Shown here in pieces: positions 39,796 through 49,190 of a stretch of DNA of 64,000 nt. The translations under genes were made by a program, and so were the position numbers. The stretch's first letter is position 1; every line of letters starts with the position of its first letter. The stretch lies in the NCBI GenBank assembly GCA_001771505.1, contig MEUA01000023.1:2346-66345 (forward strand), read 5' to 3'. Below the pieces are notes generated by a model. That model searched no databases. It was not told the DNA's origin and worked only from the letters and a program-made list of their open reading frames with translations. This DNA is from a candidate division WOR-1 bacterium RIFOXYB2_FULL_36_35. GTDB taxonomy: Bacteria > Margulisbacteria > WOR-1 > XYC2-FULL-46-14 > XYC2-FULL-37-10.

Positions 39796-40394
39796 TTTAT
39801 GATTTCTGTAACAAGTAATTTTATTTTTTCTGCAACCTCTTCTATGGGCATTTGTGCATTTATTTTCTTTATTCTTTTCTGGTCATTTTCCTCTAATTCC
39901 TCATACTTTTCTCGTACACGTTCATGAAAAGCCAATATCTCATTTTCAAAACGATTAACAGCCCCGCGCTTTTTAGCACGCTCAAGGCCTTTTTTCGCAG
40001 GAATATCTAAAAGAATTGTTAAGTCAGGAATTATCCCCCTGCTTGATATCCAATTAATATATCTTACCAAATCTTCGGGCAAACCTCTACCTCCCAACTG
40101 ATAAGCCAGCGTTGAATCAATATACCTATCACACAGTACAACTTTTCCATTTGCTAAAGCAGGTTTAATGACTTTTTCGACATGTTCTACCCTATCTGCC
40201 GCAAACATAAATATCTCCGCCAAAATTTCAGACTCATAATTAAATAGTATTTTTCTTATCTCTTCTCCAAGGTTTGAGCCTCCGGGTTCTTTTGTAATTA
40301 TTACTTCCTTTCCAATACTTTTAATATAATCTTCCAATAATTTAATCTGGGTCGATTTTCCTGATCCTTCACAACCTTCGAATGTTATAAACAT
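39792..40394 (-). CDS. tmk: Thymidylate kinase
   Basis: 'ITFEGCEGSGKSTQ' P-loop; 200 aa. Confidence 0.9.
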   Translation of the reverse strand: MFITFEGCEGSGKSTQIKLLEDYIKSIGKEVIITKEPGGSNLGEEIRKILFNYESEILAEIFMFAADRVEHVEKVIKPALANGKVVLCDRYIDSTLAYQLGGRGLPEDLVRYINWISSRGIIPDLTILLDIPAKKGLERAKKRGAVNRFENEILAFHERVREKYEELEENDQKRIKKINAQMPIEEVAEKIKLLVTEIIK

Positions 40395-40433
40395 CTCTTT
40401 TCTCCTTTTAATTTAAATGGTTTAACCCCTTTC

Positions 40434-40533
40434 AACCCCGATTATTCACCCCGATTAGGGAATCGGGGTTCATGCCTAAGGATTTTCTGAGCAGCCTACT
40501 AGAATTCTGTTCGTCCATGAATAATCGGGGTCA
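40434..40533 (+). repeat. Palindromic repeat element copy H, long subtype
   Basis: CAACCCCGATTATTCACCCCGATTAGGGAATCGGGGTTCAT ... CTAGAATTCTGTTCGTCCATGAATAATCGGGGTC. Confidence 0.85.
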
Positions 40534-40592
40534 ACTGACGAAAAAATTCTATAAAAGCGTTATCCGCATAAAACGCTTTTCCCATACTTACT

Positions 40593-42107
40593 TCAGCTAA
40601 ATTCCAGATTAAAATTAAATTCCTGTCTGGTCGCTCTATATTTTAATATTATTGCAAAACAGTGAAAATTGAAGCCGAATATATAGTCCAACTCTTCAGG
40701 TAAAATATTTGTTAAATTATAAATGGAATCAACCCCAAACTGAATCTTTTCCCCTCTATAGATAATTCCGGATATTAATTTATCAGATACAGAAAAATTA
40801 TAATTTTCAAAATTATAAGGGCTACCTCCGGAATAAGTTAAATAGTGACTATAGATAAATTTTGAGGAAAAATTGGACGACCATTTAGAATAGAATCCCA
40901 AATCAAAAGAGGTTTTTGCGCGATGTGAACCTTGAGTATATAAAAAGCCTCCAACTGATAAACCGGGTTTAAATTTTGTAGTGGAGTTTTCCCAGAGGGT
41001 TGTTGTTCCTCCTACTTCTCCTCCCATCTTAAAAGCTGAGACACCACTTGATTCTTCAGCAATATTTCCGCCGGAAATATTGCCATCAATATCAATGTTC
41101 CCAATACTGTTTTTTTTCATTTCAATTTTGAGATTTGGCAACATGCTTACAGTTTCATAATTTATTTTTTCATTCATAGAAACTTTAGTTTCAAGCATAT
41201 ATTGTTTTTGTTTGGATTTCTTTAAAATATCAAATTTAAACATATCTTCTTTGTTTTTTACTTCCGGGCCAAAATATGTGTAATGATTAAAGGCTCCTCT
41301 TATATGATCTTTTACTTTGGCGGAAACATCAAAAAAACCTTCATTATTGGAATCAATCTTATAGTTCAGACCAAAGCCCGCGCCAAAGGATTTTTTTTCG
41401 GAATAACTCAAAGAAAAATCACCTTTAAGAGATTGGTTTTTATACCATGGAATACTTTGTGAAATGAAAAAACCATCATCGTTATTTGATCCCACTTGAG
41501 GATAAGGCATCTTATTTATTGTTCCTCTTTCAGGCGCTTGTGCATCGTAAATATATATGGGAACTATCATGGAGGGAATATTAAATAAATAAAATATCCC
41601 CCAATTAGCAATAATCCAGCCGTCATTTGTATCAAGTATTATTTCGCTTGCGGAAACATAGTAATGTTTTTCTCGTTCATCACAGGTTGTAAAACTGGCG
41701 CTTAAAAAATCTATTTTTTGTGGTGTGAGTTTTATATGTTTTCCTGATATATAAACACCGTCATAAAGGATAGAAACATCACTGGCTTCTCCTGTTTTGG
41801 TTTGCATATTGATGTCTAGGCCTTTTCCAAAAATACTTATCCCCTGATAATCTAATTTGAACTTCTCGCCTGTAAACAGACGGCTGTCTTTGAGATAATA
41901 CGTAAAGCTTTCTCCATATGCTTTAATATCTTTATAAGAGACCTCAACTTTTCCAATAGCGGAAAGTTTCGATCCATCTTGGCTATACTCTAATGTGGCG
42001 GCGTTAATAGTAAAATTTGTATCTTCTGCCAAAGAAATAGAATAAAAAAAGAGACTAAAGCAGCAAGAAATAAAGATGGCAAACAAAAGACTTTTTTCCT
42101 TGATCAC
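40593..42107 (-). CDS. LptD-like (OstA N-domain plus beta-barrel) outer-membrane protein
   Basis: Signal peptide, OstA-like N-terminal region, 'SFTTCDE' motif, beta-strand-rich C-terminal part ending with aromatic residues; only 504 aa. Confidence 0.45.
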   Translation of the reverse strand: MIKEKSLLFAIFISCCFSLFFYSISLAEDTNFTINAATLEYSQDGSKLSAIGKVEVSYKDIKAYGESFTYYLKDSRLFTGEKFKLDYQGISIFGKGLDINMQTKTGEASDVSILYDGVYISGKHIKLTPQKIDFLSASFTTCDEREKHYYVSASEIILDTNDGWIIANWGIFYLFNIPSMIVPIYIYDAQAPERGTINKMPYPQVGSNNDDGFFISQSIPWYKNQSLKGDFSLSYSEKKSFGAGFGLNYKIDSNNEGFFDVSAKVKDHIRGAFNHYTYFGPEVKNKEDMFKFDILKKSKQKQYMLETKVSMNEKINYETVSMLPNLKIEMKKNSIGNIDIDGNISGGNIAEESSGVSAFKMGGEVGGTTTLWENSTTKFKPGLSVGGFLYTQGSHRAKTSFDLGFYSKWSSNFSSKFIYSHYLTYSGGSPYNFENYNFSVSDKLISGIIYRGEKIQFGVDSIYNLTNILPEELDYIFGFNFHCFAIILKYRATRQEFNFNLEFS

Positions 42108-43462
42108 CCTACTTCCTCATATCTACTTTCTTTATTGCAAAACTTGGCAATATCTTTTCTAAAAACAAGTTCAACAGAACCGACAGGGCCATTTCTTTGT
42201 TTTGAAATAATTATTTCCGCAATATTTCCTCTTTCCGCTTGCGGATTATAATAATCTTCTCTATGTATAAACATGACAAGATCAGCTGTTTGTTCGATTT
42301 CTCCTGATTCTCTTAAATCTGAAAGCCTTGGTCTTCTATCAGGTCTTTGTTCTACAGCACGGGAAAGTTGTGACAAGGCTATTACCGGAACATCTATCTC
42401 TCTTGCCAATGTTTTTAAAGATCTTGATATTTCAGATATTTCTTGAACTCTGTTTTCTGTTTTTCCACGCCCGGACATAAGTTGCAAGTAATCAATGATA
42501 ATCAATCCTATTCCTCTTTCTAATTTTAGTCTCCTGCATTTTGCCCTCATTTCCATTGAAGTCAAAGAGGCTGTATCATCTATAAAAATATGAGCTTCTG
42601 ATAGCTTGGAGAGCGCCCGAGTCAGTTTTTTCCACCCTGTATCAGGAAGCGTTGCCGTCTTAAGCTGAAGAGCATTAATCTCAGCTTCAGAACATAACAT
42701 TCGCAGCGCCAACTGTTCTTTACTCATTTCCAGCGAAAAAACCGCAACTGGAATTTTAAATTTTATAGCCATATTTTGTGCCATATTGAGGGCAAAGGCT
42801 GTTTTCCCTACTGAAGGACGGGCAGCTATAATTATAAGGTCTGAATTTTGAAAACCCGCAGTCATTTTATCCAGATCTGAATACCCTGTTGGGATCCCTG
42901 TTATATGCTCCTGTTTTCCATATAAATGATCTATTTTATCAAGAACTTTTGCTAAAATCTGGTCCAGCTTATGGAAACCCTCTTTTGCTCTTTTTAAGGC
43001 TATTTCAAATACTGAATTCTCTGCCCTGTCGAGTATTTGATCTACGTTTTCCGGTTCTTCAAAAGCCTCTCCCACCATTTTAGTTCCCGCATCAATTAGC
43101 CTACGCAATGTCGCTTTTTCCTCGACAATTTTTGCATAATATTCAACATTTGCGGCGGTTGGCACAGAGTTTAAAAGATCTCCAACGTATACAGTTCCTC
43201 CTGCTTGATCCAGTATATTATTTTTACGAAGGGCCTCTGTTACGGTTACCAGATCCACAGGTTCACCTTTATCAAAAAGATCGAGTATAGCATCAAAGAT
43301 ATAACGGTGTGCATCACGATAAAAACTGTCCGGTTGTAAAATTTCAACGGCTTTAACAATTGCATTTTTATCAATAAGCATAGAACCAATAACTGATTGT
43401 TCTGCCTGAAGATTTTGAGGTGGGAGACGTTCTTCAACCATAGGAATTAAATTATAACACAA
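42104..43462 (-). CDS. dnaB: Replicative DNA helicase DnaB
   Basis: 452 aa; Walker A 'ARPSVGKTAFAL', RecA-like C-domain, DnaB N-domain. Confidence 0.9.
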   Translation of the reverse strand: MCYNLIPMVEERLPPQNLQAEQSVIGSMLIDKNAIVKAVEILQPDSFYRDAHRYIFDAILDLFDKGEPVDLVTVTEALRKNNILDQAGGTVYVGDLLNSVPTAANVEYYAKIVEEKATLRRLIDAGTKMVGEAFEEPENVDQILDRAENSVFEIALKRAKEGFHKLDQILAKVLDKIDHLYGKQEHITGIPTGYSDLDKMTAGFQNSDLIIIAARPSVGKTAFALNMAQNMAIKFKIPVAVFSLEMSKEQLALRMLCSEAEINALQLKTATLPDTGWKKLTRALSKLSEAHIFIDDTASLTSMEMRAKCRRLKLERGIGLIIIDYLQLMSGRGKTENRVQEISEISRSLKTLAREIDVPVIALSQLSRAVEQRPDRRPRLSDLRESGEIEQTADLVMFIHREDYYNPQAERGNIAEIIISKQRNGPVGSVELVFRKDIAKFCNKESRYEEVG

Positions 43463-43521
43463 CTTTTGAAATGATAAACCCCCACACCAAAAGTTTTTTG
43501 ATGTGGGGATATATCAAAAAC

Positions 43522-44127
43522 TTACTTTGCCTCGTTTTCGTAAGCGCAAGCTAGAACACCACAGGCATAAGACCCTGTTAAAAACATAAGAATGAAACCC
43601 AAAGTTGGGATTATTACTGGGATTACATAAACTATACCAACTAAAACCAAAAAAAGAAGATGCATCCAGAAATTATTTTTAGCAACTAAATCTTTACTGG
43701 CGAACAAAGCTTCTTTTGGAGCAAGTCCTTTATCTTGAATCATTAAGAAAGCATACATTATACTTACATACAGATAAATTAGTGCAAGCATGGCAACCAA
43801 ATTAACTGTTCTTCCCAATGTATCTAGCCCAAAACGATAAAAAAGCATGGGAATAATATAAATTAATACAACAATTACAAAAACTATTAAACCGGCAATA
43901 ATAAGATTTAAAAAATTCTTCAAAGGATCAAAAATATTCTTAAGTTCTACTGCTTCTCCCCTTTTGGCTTTTACAAACAACATTTGAAATCCGGTAAAAA
44001 GAGGAGTGGCTAGAATACCTATAGTAATAATACTTAAAATTGCCGTTACAAGAAAAGACAAAATAATAGTAATAGCATTTTTGGAATATATTGACCATGC
44101 ATCATTGAAAGCTTTTCCTATATCCAT
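43522..44127 (-). CDS. Integral membrane protein, unknown (5-6 TM)
   Basis: Hydrophobicity only. Confidence 0.4.
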   Translation of the reverse strand: MDIGKAFNDAWSIYSKNAITIILSFLVTAILSIITIGILATPLFTGFQMLFVKAKRGEAVELKNIFDPLKNFLNLIIAGLIVFVIVVLIYIIPMLFYRFGLDTLGRTVNLVAMLALIYLYVSIMYAFLMIQDKGLAPKEALFASKDLVAKNNFWMHLLFLVLVGIVYVIPVIIPTLGFILMFLTGSYACGVLACAYENEAK

Positions 44128-44196
44128 TTTTTTCCTCCCAATAAAATAAAGAATTCAAAACCAAACGACAAACTCCTGACTAAATCACCTCCTTGA

Positions 44197-45087
44197 TTAC
44201 AATTTATCCTGACCTGTGATTTTTTTATAAGCCTCAAAATATTTGTCTCTGGTTTTTAAAATAACCTCTTTGGGCAGTTGAGGAGCTGGAGGCATTTTAT
44301 TCCAATCTAACGTTTCTAAATAATCTCTTAAAAATTGTTTATCAAAACTTGGTTGTGATCTGCCAGGCTCATATTGGTCTTTTGGCCAGAAACGGGATGA
44401 ATCGGGAGTTAAAACTTCATCTATTAAAATCACCTGATTATTTAATATTCCAAATTCAAATTTTGTATCCGCGATTATTATATCTTTTGAAAGAGCATAA
44501 TTTACTGCTGTGGTGTAAAGTTCTATCGATTTTTCCTTTAAAAGGGTTGCAATATCTGTTCCTACTAGATCCACAACCTTTTTGAAATCAATCGATATAT
44601 CATGACCTTCTTCTTCTTTTGTCGTCGGAGTAAAAATAGGTTCCGATAACTTCTCTGATTCTCTAAGACCTACTGGCAATTTAATTCCGCATATTGCACG
44701 GTTTTTTTGATACTCTTTCCATCCGGATCCCGATAAATAACCACGTACAACACATTCCACGGGGATAACTTTCGATTTTTTAACAAGCATTGATCTTTTT
44801 CTTAATACGCCATATTTTTTTAATTTTTGAGGGTATTCGTCAAAATTTGAGGTCAAAACATGATTTGGAATAATGTTTTTTAAAAAATTAAACCAGAAAA
44901 CTGATATTTGAGTAAGTATTTTCCCTTTATCGGGGATGCCGTTTGGCATTATGCAATCAAACGCCGATATCCGATCAGAAGTTACAAATAACAAGTTATC
45001 TTCTAAATCAAAAATATCACGAACTTTACCGCTTTTTATTGGTCTAAAATCCGGAAGCTCAATCTTTAGGATTGTTTCTTCGTTCAT
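44197..45087 (-). CDS. purC: Phosphoribosylaminoimidazole-succinocarboxamide synthase
   Basis: 296-aa long-form SAICAR synthetase; N-terminal 'GKVRDIF' motif. Confidence 0.9.
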   Translation of the reverse strand: MNEETILKIELPDFRPIKSGKVRDIFDLEDNLLFVTSDRISAFDCIMPNGIPDKGKILTQISVFWFNFLKNIIPNHVLTSNFDEYPQKLKKYGVLRKRSMLVKKSKVIPVECVVRGYLSGSGWKEYQKNRAICGIKLPVGLRESEKLSEPIFTPTTKEEEGHDISIDFKKVVDLVGTDIATLLKEKSIELYTTAVNYALSKDIIIADTKFEFGILNNQVILIDEVLTPDSSRFWPKDQYEPGRSQPSFDKQFLRDYLETLDWNKMPPAPQLPKEVILKTRDKYFEAYKKITGQDKL

Positions 45088-45166
45088 TGTTGCAAATTAT
45101 AACATTACATATTTCTATTGCCAAGGGAAAAAAGGGGAAAAAATGAAATTATGTCTATTTCTTCGC

Positions 45167-45307
45167 GATAAATAACTATAGGGTCTGTTGCAAAATGGTC
45201 ATTCCCGTGAAAACGGGAATCCATTTTTCAGAAAACAAGATAGATCCCCGTTTTCCTGCCTGCCAGCAGGCACGGCGCGGGGATGACAAATTGCATTTCG
45301 CAACAGT
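45167..45307 (+). other. Inverted-repeat element (arms CTATAGGGTCTGTTGCAAAATG / CATTTCGCAACAGTCCCCTATAG) enclosing a 95-nt GC-rich multi-hairpin core; candidate structured ncRNA or miniature insertion
   Basis: Arms pair over ~20 bp; core has nested stems ATTCCCG/CGGGAAT, ATCCCCG/CGGGGAT, GCCTG/CAGGC, GTCAT/ATGAC; ~55% GC in a ~33% GC background; an empty-site-like copy at 59806..59847. Confidence 0.4.
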
Positions 45308-45315
45308 CCCCTATA

Positions 45316-45334
45316 GGATAATCGGGGTAAAAAC
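45316..45334 (+). repeat. Solo tail fragment of the CCCCGATT repeat family (GGATAATCGGGGTAAAAAC)
   Basis: 8 nt after the IR element; 34 nt before the start of 45368 ORF. Confidence 0.5.
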
Positions 45335-45367
45335 ATAGCCAGGGATTAAAAGGAGAAGAGAGATAAG

Positions 45368-46897
45368 ATGGTTTTAAAAAAAGTAGTCTCTTTTAATTTA
45401 GAAAGAGTTGTGGAAAAAGAATCTGCCGCTATCTTGTTATCAGAGCTTGATAAGTTAGATACTACAGATTCTACATCGCTCAACAATTTTTTTGTAAGGA
45501 TCCAAAGATTTGGATTTCCTTTTACTAGAAGTTATTTTAATAGGATGCTTGAAGGAAGAGATTTAACGCCACTTAGAAGCATGCTTCAGAGGTTAATCCC
45601 AAAACCTAAAATTCCTCAACCGACAAGGATACTTCCTTTTGATCCAAGGGATAGAGATACACAAAGAGATATCAGGCAGAAATTTATGGGTATATTAGGC
45701 GATGCAACATTTTATGATGCTATTTTAAGAAGAATTACCCCTGCTTCTATGGACAGAAAAAAAGAAACTAATTCTTTTGAAATTAACACAAAAGCTATCA
45801 TAGAAGAATTAAATAGGCAAGGTAATGATAAATTGGCTGATGCACTTAAGTATGCAGCAATATTTTTGACTCCTGATAGGGAGGATTTAAAAAGATACGT
45901 TGTTGACCATGGCCTTCTAACTGTTGAGGAACTAGATAGGAAGACCTATATAGGAAAGTGCCTTTATGAAGATTGTTTGAGAATATCAACTACAGAAGAG
46001 GCAATAAATATTATAATGACAGAGCTTTGTAATATTTTTGGAAAGAGAGAGTATGTAGAGACAATGCTATTTGCTCATAACATTAATAGCTCATTCATTA
46101 ATTTTAATTCATCTCCGATGAAAATTGCCGAACAATTTGCAACAATGGCAATCCAATCAGGCAAATTACTGAAAATACTGGAAGGATTAAAAGAAATGTA
46201 CCGGGGAAACACAGTTTTAAATAGTTTGTATACTCAATTTAAAGATTTGACTTCAGTTTCAGATTCTCAACCCCGAAGAATACTCCCTTTTGATACAAGG
46301 GATAGAGCTACTAGAATAGAAATAAGAAAAAAATTTATGGATATATTTAGCGATGAAATTTATTTCAACGCAATTTTTAGAAGATTAGCTCCACATCTCC
46401 TTGGCAGGATAGAAAGTGATGTATCAAAAGAAGTTATAGCTAACGATGTAATAACTAAATTAGAAAATGACCTGATTGTCGCGCTCAGATACACCGCAGT
46501 TTTTTTACTCCCTTACAGGCAAGACTTGAGAAATTATCTCCTAGACCACGGGATTCTTACTGAAAGTGATTTGAATCGGTCAAATGTTATAGGACAAACG
46601 TTTTATGAAAGTTGCCTTAGAATCTTAAGAGCAAATGAGGCAATAAATATTATAATGATAGAATTTCCTAATATCTTTGGAAATGAAAATACGGTTAGGC
46701 AACTAGCAGCAAAGATCGGACTTACTTTAAACTTTAACGTAAACCAAGCTCCTATGGAAGTTGCAGCAAAGTTTGCAGAAGAAGCGTGGAACCAAGATAA
46801 ATTGCCAAATTTACTTATAGAGGCAGTAAAAGAAAATCCTGACAATCAAAAGTTAGCAGATTTATCAAGACAGGTACAAAGTTTTAGATACAGATAA
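45368..46897 (+). CDS. Hypothetical protein: ~85 aa N-domain plus two tandem ~210 aa repeats
   Basis: Internal duplication (RILPFDPRDRDTQRDIRQKFM... vs RILPFDTRDRATRIEIRKKFM...); N-domain paralogous to the next gene. Confidence 0.5.
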   Translation: MVLKKVVSFNLERVVEKESAAILLSELDKLDTTDSTSLNNFFVRIQRFGFPFTRSYFNRMLEGRDLTPLRSMLQRLIPKPKIPQPTRILPFDPRDRDTQRDIRQKFMGILGDATFYDAILRRITPASMDRKKETNSFEINTKAIIEELNRQGNDKLADALKYAAIFLTPDREDLKRYVVDHGLLTVEELDRKTYIGKCLYEDCLRISTTEEAINIIMTELCNIFGKREYVETMLFAHNINSSFINFNSSPMKIAEQFATMAIQSGKLLKILEGLKEMYRGNTVLNSLYTQFKDLTSVSDSQPRRILPFDTRDRATRIEIRKKFMDIFSDEIYFNAIFRRLAPHLLGRIESDVSKEVIANDVITKLENDLIVALRYTAVFLLPYRQDLRNYLLDHGILTESDLNRSNVIGQTFYESCLRILRANEAINIIMIEFPNIFGNENTVRQLAAKIGLTLNFNVNQAPMEVAAKFAEEAWNQDKLPNLLIEAVKENPDNQKLADLSRQVQSFRYR

Positions 46898-46936
46898 TAG
46901 AACTATAAAATACCATTATTTGAGGGGATACATAGA

Positions 46937-47875
46937 ATGTTTTCAAGAAAAGTAGTCTCTTTTAATTTAGATGTTATTTCCGCAAAAAAGCCGATAACCA
47001 ATCTACTAAAGGCTATTAATACTTTAGATGTAAACGATCAAGCAAAATTTGACAGTTTATATGAGGAAATGAAAGAGTATGGATTTCCATTTACTAGATC
47101 GGCTCTTAAGAGAGTCATTTCAACCGGAGATATAAAAAGTGATGATCATCCTGTACAACAACTATTAAGAAGCCTTGCCCCTGCTAAGCCTAAAGTTGAT
47201 AAGCCTAAAAAAGGAAGCAGTGGAGCTATCGAACGTCCTCAACCTTCAGATCAAAAGTTATTACCTAGAGAGATAACAATGAATACAATATTAAAGATTG
47301 TCCTAAAATTTTGTGATAATTCCTGTACCTCATTAATTAATAAGGCAAAAGCTTCTTATATAAATGAACCTTCAAAAGATTATTTCACAAGTCCACCTCT
47401 TTTAACCGCTTCAAGAATACTAAAATTAGCCCTAAAAGAGAAAAAGCTTTTATCTTTTCTGGAAAATATCCTAAAAGACTATTCTAATAATAGAGAATTG
47501 CAAGACATTATAACCTTTGTAAAACAAAATAAAGAGATTATTTATTCCTGGGGAGAAATGGAACCAAAAGGGGATCCTTATTATTGTTTTAACGCAGATG
47601 AAATGAAAATAATACAAAATGTTTCCTTGTCTTCTTCGTTATCATCGATTTTTGGAAATGTTATGGATATAGAGGCAATTTCATTAATAATAGGAATAGA
47701 TATTGATATTTCAGAAAATGGAAGAACAAGAGTAGATAACCTTATTAGAGAAGCAATAAGAGTTGGCAAAATAAAAAAGGTTATAAGATATATAAGAGAG
47801 GTATATCCCTTTAACCCAGAACTTAAAAGCCTTGAAGCTCTGGTAGAAAATTCAAGATTATCTAGTGATATTTAA
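46937..47875 (+). CDS. Hypothetical protein, paralog of 45368..46897 (shared N-terminal domain 'KVVSFNL...GFPFTRS')
   Basis: N-terminal ~90 aa alignable to the upstream gene; K/P-rich linker; helical C-terminal region. Confidence 0.5.
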   Translation: MFSRKVVSFNLDVISAKKPITNLLKAINTLDVNDQAKFDSLYEEMKEYGFPFTRSALKRVISTGDIKSDDHPVQQLLRSLAPAKPKVDKPKKGSSGAIERPQPSDQKLLPREITMNTILKIVLKFCDNSCTSLINKAKASYINEPSKDYFTSPPLLTASRILKLALKEKKLLSFLENILKDYSNNRELQDIITFVKQNKEIIYSWGEMEPKGDPYYCFNADEMKIIQNVSLSSSLSSIFGNVMDIEAISLIIGIDIDISENGRTRVDNLIREAIRVGKIKKVIRYIREVYPFNPELKSLEALVENSRLSSDI

Positions 47876-48572
47876 TAAGTGTCAAATATAAAAAATTCGG
47901 CAGAGCTACCTGTCTCTTTATCCTATAAGGTTCTGTAATTAACCTGTAAAGCCACTCTATGTAAAGTTTTTGAACCCATTTAGGTGCCCTTTTTTTAATT
48001 CCTGAAATAACATCAAAACTCCCCCCCACCCCAACTGCAACTTTTACTCCTAACTTATCTAAATTTTTGCAGAGCCATTTTTCCTGTTTCCCCGCCCCCA
48101 AACCCGCAAATATAATATCTGATTTTGATTCTTTTATCCGAGAAAGGATTTCATCATCATTATCAAAATAACCATCATGTATACCCGCAATATTTAATGC
48201 GGGAAATTGTCTCTTTAAATTTTGAGAGGCCATGGAGACTGAAAGTTCTGTGCCACCTAAAAGGAAAACCCTCCATCCTTTTTCAGCCGCAAGCCTGCAC
48301 GAGGACAGAAGAAAATCTATTCCAGTAACACGCTCTTTTAATGGGACTTTTTTAATTCTGCTTACGACAACCATTGAGATACCGTCAGGCAAACGTAAAT
48401 CAGCTCCGTTTAATATATCAAAAAGCTCTTTGTCTGTTTGGGCCGCAACTATCATTTCCGGATTTGGGGTGACAATTAAATGAGGCTTTCCCGAGACGAT
48501 GAATTCTTCAAGCTTTTGTAAGGATTCCCACAGTGTTACATTGTCTATTTTAATGTTTGCCAGGGTTATCAT
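47862..48572 (-). CDS. WecB/TagA/CpsF-family glycosyltransferase (N-acetylmannosaminyl-type transferase)
   Basis: 236 aa; family-typical 'LVTPNPEM' and 'RVTGIDFL' regions. Confidence 0.75.
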   Translation of the reverse strand: MITLANIKIDNVTLWESLQKLEEFIVSGKPHLIVTPNPEMIVAAQTDKELFDILNGADLRLPDGISMVVVSRIKKVPLKERVTGIDFLLSSCRLAAEKGWRVFLLGGTELSVSMASQNLKRQFPALNIAGIHDGYFDNDDEILSRIKESKSDIIFAGLGAGKQEKWLCKNLDKLGVKVAVGVGGSFDVISGIKKRAPKWVQKLYIEWLYRLITEPYRIKRQVALPNFLYLTLIKYH

Positions 48573-48593
48573 TTAAGGGGTATTATATCCTTT

Positions 48594-49190
48594 TTACAGT
48601 CCTGAAAATTCAGCAATCCACATTCCAATGCCTGAATGTATAAAACTTATCGCGATAGCAGCAAGGATAATAGTCATAATTCTTCCTATAATCATAGCTC
48701 CATTTTCCCCAAGAGTTTTAAAAATTCTTTCGCCAAAAGACAAAACCAAAACAGAAAGCATAAAATTTATTGTGACAGCAGTTAAAGCAATCGGAGTTCC
48801 GTAAGTTGCCAATGCCACCATAGCTGTCGTAATAGCGCCAGGGCCAGTCAATAATGGACAACCCAAAGGAACAACTCCAACTTCGATTTTTTCTTTTGCC
48901 TGAAACAGTGACCCTCTAACTAAGATAATAATTGCTATAACCAAAATCAATAACCCGCCCGCTATCTTAAAATCAGACATTTGAATCCCAAACAAAGTTA
49001 ATATAAAGTTGCCTAAAAACATAAATATTATAAGCAATGCAAATGAAAAGATCGCGGCGGTTAAAAAGGCTTCGTGCCTCTCTTTTTTATCCAAATCTTT
49101 TGTTATGCTGTAAAAAATAGGCAGATTTCCTATCGCGTCGGTGATTGCAAAAAGTTGCCCCACAACTATAAGCAGGATAGTTAAATTCAT
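48594..49190 (-). CDS. MarC-family (UPF0056) membrane protein
   Basis: 198 aa, 6 TM, MarC-like N-terminal 'AITDAIGNLPIF'. Confidence 0.7.
   Translation of the reverse strand: MNLTILLIVVGQLFAITDAIGNLPIFYSITKDLDKKERHEAFLTAAIFSFALLIIFMFLGNFILTLFGIQMSDFKIAGGLLILVIAIIILVRGSLFQAKEKIEVGVVPLGCPLLTGPGAITTAMVALATYGTPIALTAVTINFMLSVLVLSFGERIFKTLGENGAMIIGRIMTIILAAIAISFIHSGIGMWIAEFSGL

Noticed and set aside
45186-45332. 48-aa ORF (MVIPVKTGIHFSENKIDPRFPACQQARRGDDKLHFATVPYRIIGVKT) spanning the GC-rich core of the inverted-repeat element
   Set aside because: There is no Shine-Dalgarno sequence. The ORF coincides exactly with strongly base-paired sequence and continues into the neighbouring repeat fragment, so RNA or DNA structure explains the region better than a peptide.
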